Positions 1 through 7,543 of a stretch of DNA of 64,000 bases are shown here, piece by piece. The stretch covers positions 4,405-68,404 of the forward strand of contig CAVTBW010000006.1 in NCBI GenBank assembly GCA_963733115.1, given 5' to 3'. Position numbers and translations under genes: made by a program. The stretch comes from an uncultured Solirubrobacteraceae bacterium (GTDB taxonomy: Bacteria; Actinomycetota; Thermoleophilia; Solirubrobacterales; Solirubrobacteraceae). Numbering within the stretch: the stretch's first letter is position 1; every line of letters begins with the position of its first letter. The notes beneath the pieces are model-generated. The model was not told where the DNA came from and made no database searches. It was given only the letters and a program-made list of their open reading frames with translations.

Positions 1-74
1 AGCTCCTGAAGGCGCTGATGCAGGCCCGGGTCGAGGAGTACGCGGCGACCGGCGCCGGCTGGAACGACCAATGA
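1..74 (+). CDS. 3' end of an unidentified CDS (partial)
   Basis: Frame from base 3 reads LLKALMQARVEEYAATGAGWNDQ* with GC3-rich codons; TGA at 72-74. Confidence 0.5.
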   Translation, partial: LLKALMQARVEEYAATGAGWNDQ

Positions 75-229
75 CCCCGGCTACCCCCGTGAGGGCCGCA
101 TAAGGTCGCGGCTCAGTCGGCCGTAAGCACCGCGCCTTTCCGAATCCGCTGACGAAGTTCCTGTGCTGCACAGGACCTGGGATGGTAGCCGTGACAACCC
201 GGTCGGCACGACACAGGCAGTCGCTCGAG

Positions 230-1393
230 TCAGGCGCTGTCCGACCGAGCGTGATCTCCACCGCCAAACGCCCGTTCGACGAACGCCGCCCCGTTGGACG
301 GGTCGGGCGCGTAGTGGCGGTAGATCTCGGTGGTCTTCGCGTCGGCGTGGCCCATCCACTCCTGGATCGCGCGCAGCGGGGCGCCGGCGGCAGCCATCTG
401 CGTGCCGAAGGTGTGGCGGAGCTCGTGGAAGGTGATCTCATGTACGCCTGCCTCGGCGAGCGCGTCCTTGAACCGCTTGCGCATCTTGGAAGGGTCGAGG
501 ACGTGTCCCGTGTCGGGATGGCAGAAGACGAGATCCCTGTCCGCGGGGAAGCGGGAGCCTCGGCGTAGCTCGTCGAGATCGCGGGCGAGCCGTGCGGCCA
601 TCGGGACCGAGCGGCCTTCGTGGGACTTGGGAGTGTCCATCTGCCCGCGCGTAAAGTTGTCCGCGACGCGCACGCGCCCGACCTGCCAGTCGATGTCGAG
701 CCACTTCAGCGCGAGCAGCTCGCCCTGGCGCAGGCCGGTGAGCGCGGCGGCCAGATACAGCGCCCGCTCGACGCCGCCGAGGGTATCCTCCGGCACCGCG
801 TCGATCAGCTTGTCGAGTTCGGCTGGCTGGAGGAAGCGGACGCGTTGGTGGGGAGAGCGGTTCTTCTTCGGGCGGTCGACGTAGGCGACCGGGTTGCTCT
901 GCGCCCAGCCGCGCTTTATCGCGAAGGCGAACACGCCGTGCAGGAAGTTCAGGTGGTTCTGGACGGTCTTTGAGGACAGGCCGTCGTTGCGCTTGCGCTT
1001 GAGGTACTGCGCCACCTGGGCTGGCTCGATCTTGTCGATCGGGCGCTCGCCGAAGAACGGCACGAGATGACGGCGCAGATGTCCGCGATAGTCCTGGATC
1101 GTGGAGCGCTTGCGCTCCATCACGTTCTCCAGGTGGTCGACGTAGGCGCCGCCGGCCTCCTCCAATGTGCGCCTGGCGGCGCCCGACACGATCACGTCCC
1201 GCTCGATCCGCTTGCGCAGCTCCTTCTCGGCCTGGGCGCGCGTGAGTCCGTCCGCGGTGCCCGGGGTGCGCTTGGCGGCGATCTTGCGCTTGACGCGCGT
1301 GCCGCCTGACCACCACGAGCCGTACCAGCTCACTTGCCCAGCCGCGTCGGCTCGCTCGAAGAGACGACCGCTGCCGTAGGAGCGCCTACCCAT
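230..1393 (-). CDS. int: Tyrosine recombinase / phage-type integrase
   Basis: Catalytic set LTGLRQGEL (R), TPKS (K), FHELRHTF (HxxR), MGH, TEIYRHY (Y); N-terminal core-binding region. Confidence 0.95.
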   Translation of the reverse strand: MGRRSYGSGRLFERADAAGQVSWYGSWWSGGTRVKRKIAAKRTPGTADGLTRAQAEKELRKRIERDVIVSGAARRTLEEAGGAYVDHLENVMERKRSTIQDYRGHLRRHLVPFFGERPIDKIEPAQVAQYLKRKRNDGLSSKTVQNHLNFLHGVFAFAIKRGWAQSNPVAYVDRPKKNRSPHQRVRFLQPAELDKLIDAVPEDTLGGVERALYLAAALTGLRQGELLALKWLDIDWQVGRVRVADNFTRGQMDTPKSHEGRSVPMAARLARDLDELRRGSRFPADRDLVFCHPDTGHVLDPSKMRKRFKDALAEAGVHEITFHELRHTFGTQMAAAGAPLRAIQEWMGHADAKTTEIYRHYAPDPSNGAAFVERAFGGGDHARSDSA

Positions 1394-1435
1394 CGCTGGC
1401 GACCCCTGTGTCGGTGTCCGATGCCTTGCGGGGCA

Positions 1436-1657
1436 TCAGCCGTCGGCTTGCTCGGCGAGCCACTGTTCGAGCATCGCGCGGGTGAAGCGGATGTGCCGTC
1501 CGACGCGCAGGCACGGTATCCGGTGGGCGCGCACGGATTCGTAGACCCAGCTCGGCTTCACGGACAGCAACGCGGCCGCCTCGTGCGGACAGAGCAACGG
1601 CCCCTCGGCGAGTATCGACTCGACTACGGCGGCGCTTGTGGGTTCTGTCCCGCTCAT
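1436..1657 (-). CDS. xis: Excisionase / HTH_17-type DNA-binding protein
   Basis: LLCPHEAAALLSVKPSWVYESVRAHRIPCLRVGRHIRFTRAMLEQWL; lies immediately upstream of the integrase. Confidence 0.85.
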   Translation of the reverse strand: MSGTEPTSAAVVESILAEGPLLCPHEAAALLSVKPSWVYESVRAHRIPCLRVGRHIRFTRAMLEQWLAEQADG

Positions 1658-1662
1658 CCCCG

Positions 1663-1700
1663 TTAATGACCCCAAGTGGCCGGAAACGGCCAACGAGTTG
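1663..1700 (-). promoter_or_regulatory. Shared motif, copy 1 (CAACTCGTTGGCCGTTT-N11-GGGTCAT), upstream of xis
   Basis: Near-identical copy at the same spacing upstream of the relaxase (5135-5171). Confidence 0.65.
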
Positions 1701-1803
1701 GGCGAGGTGTAGATAGGGACGGCATTGGCGCGTCGCGCGAGACTCGTCGCAGTCGGAGCCACCGACTCTGCTGCTGGGTGCCTGCCGGGGCATCCCGAAG
1801 CGC

Positions 1804-2067
1804 CTATATCGCGATCAGCCCGAGCTCATCCAGCCGCCTGACCGCGCGAGACGCCGAGACACACTCGCCGGAGATCTGCACGATGCCGTCCTGATCGAGC
1901 CTCGCGAGTGCGTCGCTGATGTCGAGCGGCTCTACGTTGGAGATCTCGACCTCCAGCTCTGCGCGCGACCAGCGATCCCCGTGATCATCGCGAAGGAGCT
2001 GCAGGATGATCGCCCGTTCGATCCGCGGGTCGCAACCGCCCAGAACTTGGCTAGGTTGATCTTGCAT
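1804..2067 (-). CDS. Small winged-helix-like DNA-binding protein
   Basis: AGGAG RBS at 2078-2082; IERAIILQLLRDDHGDRWSRAELEVEI...DALARLDQDGIVQISGECV fits a wHTH pattern. Confidence 0.7.
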   Translation of the reverse strand: MQDQPSQVLGGCDPRIERAIILQLLRDDHGDRWSRAELEVEISNVEPLDISDALARLDQDGIVQISGECVSASRAVRRLDELGLIAI

Positions 2068-2091
2068 GGAAGGGTCACTCCTTCTTTGCCG

Positions 2092-2122
2092 GGCCCCGGG
2101 CAGCTTCAACTGCGCCGGGGCC
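2092..2122 (-). promoter_or_regulatory. GC-rich stem-loop in the leader of the wHTH gene
   Basis: GGCCCCGG-c-GCAG-ttgaag-CTGC-CCGGGGCC, just upstream of the RBS. Confidence 0.55.
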
Positions 2123-2193
2123 ACTTAGTCTTGTGGTGTCTGTCGCGATGGTCTTGAGAACCGAACGCGCGACCGCTATCGCACGGTAAAATG

Positions 2194-2210
2194 TAGCACG
2201 TAGAGTGCTA
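2194..2210. promoter_or_regulatory. Palindromic operator candidate TAGCAC-N5-GTGCTA between divergent regulators
   Basis: Perfect 6-bp inverted repeat in an AT-richer spacer upstream of the XRE gene. Confidence 0.55.
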
Positions 2211-2235
2211 TAGCCCTGTGGATAGGCTCCCGCCC

Positions 2236-2448
2236 ATGAGCCCCGAGCAGCAGTTCGGCGCCAATCTCGCTCGTGCCCGGGAGAGAGGCGGCCTCAGTCA
2301 ATCCGACCTCGCGCGCAAGGTCGACGTGTTGTACACGTACATCTCTCGACTCGAGACCGGCAAGGCCACTCCTTCCTTTGGTCTGATCATGCGCCTGGCT
2401 GCGGCGCTCGCTATCCCGCCCTCGGATCTATTCGCCGGCGTCAAATAG
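2236..2448 (+). CDS. XRE-family HTH transcriptional regulator
   Basis: FGANLARARERGGLSQSDLARKVDVLYTYISRLETGKATPSFGLIMRLAAAL. Confidence 0.9.
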   Translation: MSPEQQFGANLARARERGGLSQSDLARKVDVLYTYISRLETGKATPSFGLIMRLAAALAIPPSDLFAGVK

Positions 2449-2474
2449 CGTTGACGCCGTCTGGGGCGGCCCGG

Positions 2475-5126
2475 TCAGCGCCCGCGATCGACGTTGCGGT
2501 TGGCCGTTGGGCGGTCGTGATTGCGGCTGGAGCGCATCAGGATGGCAGGGACGCGGAGGATTCGCAGCGGCCCGAGCTCGTAGCCGGGTCCGAAGGCGGG
2601 ATCGTAGGGCTCGTAGGCGAGCGACGGCTTCTGCGCTCGGCTGGTGCCCATCCTGCGCGCGAGCTGCATGACGCGGTCGGCGTCTTGCCCCTGGCTGCCG
2701 AGCTCCTCGCGTGCGAGGAACCAGTCGGTGCCCTGGCGGGCGCGGGTCGCCTCCACGTAGGCGATCTCCTTGCTGGTCTGCCAGCCGCCGGTCACCACGA
2801 CGGTCCGCTCGACCGTTGCGCCCTGCTGGCGGTAGACGTGTTGCGCGTATCCGAGCCGCAGCGAGTCGACGTCTTCGCCGGCGAGGTGCAGCGAACGGCC
2901 TGAGCCGTGCAGCTCGATTGTCAACCCGCCGCGCTCACTCACGCGCGTGACCTGGCCGCGGGTTCCGTTCTCCACCCGGGGTTGGCCCGGTAGGCGGTGT
3001 TGGGATGTGAAGGCGACGATGTCGCCTTCGCGCAGCCCGTAGTGGGAGTGTTCGAGCGGGATCTCGCGGTGGCCGAGTTCGCCGCGCTCAGCCCTGAGGT
3101 GCTGGGCACGAGCGTTGAGTCGGTCGATCTCCTTGTTGGAGGCGTCGGCGATCAACGCGACCTGGCGTATGCCGTGCTTCTCGGCGAGTGTCATCCAGCG
3201 CTGGACGGCAGCCTCGCCGGCCTCGTCGCGGGTGTTCGAGAAGTGAAGCTGTGCGCGTTTGAAGTAGTGCGCCATCGCCCGCTCCGGTTCGCCGGCCCGT
3301 AGGGCGGCCCATGCCCTGCGCTCGTCGGGGTCCTGGGTGCGGCGGATGTCGGTGAGCTCTGCGTTTGGGGTGTGGGTGGCGAGCCGGTCGAACATCCCGC
3401 CCGGCCCGATCGAGGGGAGCTGCTTGCCGTCGCCGACGGCGATCAGCTTTGCTCCGGAGCGCTCGACCAGCTCGGTGAGGGCATCCATGCGCTTGTGGTC
3501 GACCATCCCGGCCTCGTCGAGGAAGACCGTCGTGGCCGGGTCGATCTCGACGGTCCCCGTGTTGGCACGAGCGACCAGCGAGTCGAGCGTAAGCGTCCGG
3601 CCGGTGAGGGCTGGGCTGTCGGCTCCGAGCCGCTCGGCGGTGGACCCGGACACGGCGATCCCGATCGTCTGGCGGCCGGCGTGCCGCTCGGCGCGGGCGG
3701 CGGCGTCGATCACCACGCCCTTGCCGGTTCCCGCCGGGCCGACGAGCACCGCGGCACGCTCGGGACCCGTGAGGACTCGCAGCGCGTGATTCTGCTCCGT
3801 ACTCAGTGGTCCCCCGATGCGCTCGGAGACCACGCGCACAGCGTTTGCGCGAGCGTGTTCGCCGACGTCCCGGCCCGCCGGCTGGGCGAGCAGCTCAGCA
3901 CGGCGCTCGATGGCCTGCTCCTGAGCGCGCACGGCGAGGGTGGTCATCCGCCCGCCCTCCAGGGTGAGGACCCGCCGGTCACGGACCATCTCGCGAGCGA
4001 CCGCGAGCGCCTGCTCCGGTGGCATCTCCCCGGCTGTCTGCTCCAACGCGACCGCGTGCAGATCACGCGCCTGGAAGACGGCGTGCTGCTCGGTCAGCCT
4101 CGCCTCGATGCGATCCTCGACGGGGCGCTCGACCTCTGGCTGTTCGGGCGCACCGATCAGACGCACTGCCTCGTCGGGCCCGAAGCCGTGGCGACGGCCC
4201 GTCTCGCTCCACACCCGCTGCAGGTCCCCGCGGGTCGTCAGCTCCTTGGTGCGGCGGTTCTCGAGCGCCAGGTTGCGCAGCTCCCCGCGCTCCGGTGCCC
4301 GGCCGTGGCGGGCACGGAAGCGCTCCGCCGCTCGGGCGACGTCTCGGCTGCGTCCTGAGAACTCCTCGGTCAGGCCACGCGGCACCCCCGCGATCTCAAA
4401 GTACCGGCCGTCCTTACCGGTCCCGCGCTCGATCTCATACCCCTCCCCGCCCAGCTCCTCGGCGAGCGATGAGCGGTAGAACGCCCCCAGCTCGCGGGCG
4501 GAGCGGAAGATCGGCCGCGAAGCGATCGCGACGATCCTCTCGTCCTCCCTCACCGCGCCGCTGATCACGACATGGCTGTGCAGCTGCGGGTCGGGCGCCT
4601 GCGCCCCACTGATGCCCCTGGCGGTGGTGTGCCGGTACTCCGCGGCGATCACATCCTTGGCGTGCTCCTCCACCACCTGTCCGCCGTAGCGGCACCGGAC
4701 GACCGGCACCTGCTCGCGCAGATACCTGACCGTGCTCTCGACGGCCCTGGCGTGCGCTGCCTCGATCTGCTCGCGCTGCCACGGGTCGCCGAGCGCCCAG
4801 ACCGTCGAGACAGACTTCGGGGCGCTGAACGTCACGTCGATCCCGCCGCCCCTGCCGCCACCGGCGCCCTCGGGTCGCAGCCACCTGCCGGTGCCTGGGT
4901 GTCGACCATCCATCAACGCGATGAAGTCCGCGCCATCGACTGCCTCGCCTGCCTGGACCCCGAGCCTGGTCAGCGTCTCCTCATCGGAGAGCCACCGACC
5001 CGGCGCCTGCATCATCTCACCGTCCGGGGTCAGGTAGTAGTCCCCGCGCTCGGGCGCGACCGTCTTGCTCTCCAGGTAGCGGGCGTAACCGCCGCCTCCG
5101 GACGCAGGGATGCTTGCTGCCGTCAT
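2475..5126 (-). CDS. MOBF (TrwC/TraI-like) relaxase-helicase
   Basis: N-terminal YARYL...GDYY, DVTFSAPKSVS, HTTAR...DPQLHSH (HUH); helicase Walker A GPAGTGKG, Walker B LDEAGMV, GDGKQL, QQGATV. Confidence 0.95.
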   Translation of the reverse strand: MTAASIPASGGGGYARYLESKTVAPERGDYYLTPDGEMMQAPGRWLSDEETLTRLGVQAGEAVDGADFIALMDGRHPGTGRWLRPEGAGGGRGGGIDVTFSAPKSVSTVWALGDPWQREQIEAAHARAVESTVRYLREQVPVVRCRYGGQVVEEHAKDVIAAEYRHTTARGISGAQAPDPQLHSHVVISGAVREDERIVAIASRPIFRSARELGAFYRSSLAEELGGEGYEIERGTGKDGRYFEIAGVPRGLTEEFSGRSRDVARAAERFRARHGRAPERGELRNLALENRRTKELTTRGDLQRVWSETGRRHGFGPDEAVRLIGAPEQPEVERPVEDRIEARLTEQHAVFQARDLHAVALEQTAGEMPPEQALAVAREMVRDRRVLTLEGGRMTTLAVRAQEQAIERRAELLAQPAGRDVGEHARANAVRVVSERIGGPLSTEQNHALRVLTGPERAAVLVGPAGTGKGVVIDAAARAERHAGRQTIGIAVSGSTAERLGADSPALTGRTLTLDSLVARANTGTVEIDPATTVFLDEAGMVDHKRMDALTELVERSGAKLIAVGDGKQLPSIGPGGMFDRLATHTPNAELTDIRRTQDPDERRAWAALRAGEPERAMAHYFKRAQLHFSNTRDEAGEAAVQRWMTLAEKHGIRQVALIADASNKEIDRLNARAQHLRAERGELGHREIPLEHSHYGLREGDIVAFTSQHRLPGQPRVENGTRGQVTRVSERGGLTIELHGSGRSLHLAGEDVDSLRLGYAQHVYRQQGATVERTVVVTGGWQTSKEIAYVEATRARQGTDWFLAREELGSQGQDADRVMQLARRMGTSRAQKPSLAYEPYDPAFGPGYELGPLRILRVPAILMRSSRNHDRPTANRNVDRGR

Positions 5127-5134
5127 CACATGGG

Positions 5135-5171
5135 TGATGACCCTGAGCGCCCCAAAACGGCCAACGAATTG
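5135..5171 (-). promoter_or_regulatory. Shared motif, copy 2 (CAATTCGTTGGCCGTTT-N11-GGGTCAT), upstream of the relaxase
   Basis: 16/17 identity to the first block of copy 1, plus GGGTCAT at the same spacing. Confidence 0.65.
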
Positions 5172-5304
5172 CATGGCGGTCGCACAGCGATCGCACCCCC
5201 GTGCATCTGGTCTGTTTGAGCTTGGTGGCGTGCTGCTGATAGGCGTGGGGGGACGTGCTGGCAATCCGTCGTCGAGATCGTGGCTGCGGCCTGGACTCCG
5301 GGGC

Positions 5305-5544
5305 GTGTCACCGAGCGGGTGGGAGTTCTGGCTCGAAACGCTCGCATGCGCTCGTTGCAGATACCGACAGCCGATCGTCAATGAGGTCTTCGAGGTCCTC
5401 GGCGATTTCAACCGGGATCCGACCCGGTGCGGCGCTGACCGCGTGCGGTGCCACCGGTGTCACGGCAGACGGCACCGCGTGTCCGCGGCCGGGTCTACCC
5501 TCGCGGCGATGCCCAACCCCACCCACCCGATGCCACATGTCTGA
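5305..5544 (+). CDS. Small putative zinc-ribbon protein (CxxC...CxxC)
   Basis: LACARCRY...VRCHRCHG; stop overlaps the next ATG (ATGTCTGA); TGGACT lies 7 nt before the GTG, resembling the leaderless -10 pattern elsewhere in the window. Confidence 0.5.
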   Translation: MSPSGWEFWLETLACARCRYRQPIVNEVFEVLGDFNRDPTRCGADRVRCHRCHGRRHRVSAAGSTLAAMPNPTHPMPHV

Positions 5545-7543
5545 CGACGGTCAGAGCCCTGAGCACTGGCTGGTGGCGCCACGCGCCACCGGGCAACCCC
5601 GCAGCCACGAGATTGGGTTCGTCAGGCAGCTCGACGAGCAGGAGTACGAGCGAATCATGGCCGCCGACCGACTGATCACTCGGATGGCAAACAGCGCCAG
5701 CTACCAACGATGCGTCAGCGTCCTCCAGGTTCTCCAGGCACGGATAGGCGAACTTGGTGAGCAGGAGCGACCGAACATCAGCCTGCTCGACGGGCTCCGT
5801 GCAGCCACCGGGTCGCTCGCGGAGTCGCTGCGGATGCTCGCCGACGACCTCGGCCAGGACGCCCCCGCCGAGCTTACCGCCGCCATCCGAGCCGTACAGG
5901 ACGGGAGCGCGTGGCGGCATGTGGCGCTGATTGCCGAGGGGGCCGGGGGAGCGCTGCACCGCCACCGGAACGGGACAATCGTGTGGAGACGGGCGGACAC
6001 TGGCGGGATGATCGATGTCGCGGCTGCCGCACACACGGCCGTCCTCCAGGGACAGCAGCTCATCGCGAGACGGTTCCTCGCCTCAGAGTCCGAGCTGCGA
6101 GCCGCGGCCGGCCTACTCCGCCAGCTCGCCGTCGAGACGCTTGAGGGTCCCCCGACGATCTTCAGCGTCCCCACCACGATGCTCGAGGCGGGCCAGCCGG
6201 GACAGGTGACACCCCACCAGCTCGCGCTCGAGAAGATAGATGCCGTGCTCGGGTCGGCACGGCTCGCACGCCAGCACCTGGAACCCAAGCAGCCCGAGAC
6301 CGCCGGGACACCGGCCGGCGAGGACGGCGAGGACGGCGAGGAGACAGTGGATGCGGCGGCGGGCGACACGGCCGCGAGCGGTTCCGCGGCGCCTGCAGGC
6401 AGCGCAGTCGAGGAGGGCGAGAGCCCCGAGTCCGAGCCGGAGGGCGGCGAGAGGACTGGCCCCGCAGATGAGGTCGACGGTCACGAGCAGGCGCGCACGC
6501 CGCCGGACCCTGTGACTGTCGAGGACCAAGGCACGGCGCACCGGCTACGAGACGCCGAGGACCCCGCCGCGCCGACCGATGGCACGGGTGTCGGGGCCGC
6601 CATTGAGCCCGTGCTGCTCCAGCCCGTCTTCCAACAGGCACGTAACCTGCAGCAGGCGCTCGAGCACACCTGGTCCAGAAGCCTTGACGAGACGCTGCTG
6701 GAGCCCGCGCTCGCCGAGCAGCTCGCCGCCATCCACAGCCTGCTCAGGAGCCTGACCGCGAGGCTCGAGGACGAGGACCGGCGTCTGCGTGCCGCCGGAG
6801 TCGACCCGCGCATCCCGGGATGGCCCCCCACCCCCGAGATGCTCGCCGCACTCGACCCTGGCCAGCGACCCGATAGCACCGGTAGGTCAAGGGACCTGCG
6901 GATGGCACAGATCACCGCGCTGCAAGCCGTGACAGAGACCCTCGCAGCGTTCAGGGAACCATCGACCGTGCAGTTCACCGTCGGAGAGGACGGCCAGAGA
7001 GTGGACCGGTTCTGGGACGCGGGAGCGTTCGCACTGCTGCGCACACGCATCGGGCTACTCGAACGGGTCACCAGGGAACACGAACGATGGCTCGCACAGC
7101 ACGAACAAGCCGGACGCCAGGTCCCCGAGAGCGACCTGGGAGCGACGCTCGAAAGGCTGTTCCTCGGCGCGCGGGCACTCGGACACGGAGACCCGGAGGC
7201 CGCGCTTCTGCATGCCACCGCCGCACTCGCCGCCCGCTACGCCAGCAGCCCCGACGGACCGCTGGCGGCGATACGCCAGGAGGTATCAGGGAGCGATCAC
7301 ATCCCCGCCGAGGCGCCCGAGATGCTCGAGCGAGCATTCACCGTGACCGCACGGCTTAGCGAAGGACAGGAGAACCTCGCGGTCGCGACGCTGCTCGCGC
7401 AGGAAACCCTCGCTCTCGCACACAGCCTGCTCGTCGGACCGCTGCCCGGCCGGCAGGCCAGCACCAAAGAGCTCGCAGAGATGTTCGAAGCTGGGATCCC
7501 TGACAGCGAGCCGCTACAGACAGACGAGGCGGAGAATGGGTAG
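5537..7543 (+). CDS. Hypothetical 668-aa mostly helical protein with a central acidic low-complexity linker
   Basis: Long intact ORF; ATG at 5537; 8-nt overlap with the downstream gene (ATGGGTAG). Confidence 0.8.
   Translation: MSDDGQSPEHWLVAPRATGQPRSHEIGFVRQLDEQEYERIMAADRLITRMANSASYQRCVSVLQVLQARIGELGEQERPNISLLDGLRAATGSLAESLRMLADDLGQDAPAELTAAIRAVQDGSAWRHVALIAEGAGGALHRHRNGTIVWRRADTGGMIDVAAAAHTAVLQGQQLIARRFLASESELRAAAGLLRQLAVETLEGPPTIFSVPTTMLEAGQPGQVTPHQLALEKIDAVLGSARLARQHLEPKQPETAGTPAGEDGEDGEETVDAAAGDTAASGSAAPAGSAVEEGESPESEPEGGERTGPADEVDGHEQARTPPDPVTVEDQGTAHRLRDAEDPAAPTDGTGVGAAIEPVLLQPVFQQARNLQQALEHTWSRSLDETLLEPALAEQLAAIHSLLRSLTARLEDEDRRLRAAGVDPRIPGWPPTPEMLAALDPGQRPDSTGRSRDLRMAQITALQAVTETLAAFREPSTVQFTVGEDGQRVDRFWDAGAFALLRTRIGLLERVTREHERWLAQHEQAGRQVPESDLGATLERLFLGARALGHGDPEAALLHATAALAARYASSPDGPLAAIRQEVSGSDHIPAEAPEMLERAFTVTARLSEGQENLAVATLLAQETLALAHSLLVGPLPGRQASTKELAEMFEAGIPDSEPLQTDEAENG

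Noticed and set aside
98-112. CATAAGGTCGCGG as an att copy of tRNA-fMet
   Set aside because: Short, gapped and in the opposite orientation to the tRNA, so not a direct repeat
146-190. CTGACGA followed by a stem, as a hammerhead ribozyme
   Set aside because: No GAAA core after stem II and no matching stem I/III with a cleavage triplet
2500-2509. TTGGCCGTTG as a third copy of the xis/relaxase motif (also TTGGCCGTT at 39902-39910)
   Set aside because: Only the core matches; the CAAyTCG flank and the spaced GGGTCAT block are missing
5127-5411. 95-aa N-terminal extension of the relaxase in the ORF track, and the 5255 start for the 762-aa ORF
   Set aside because: MOBF relaxases start just before the catalytic Tyr region; the extensions are open-frame run-on over the promoter/oriT gap and the zinc-ribbon ORF
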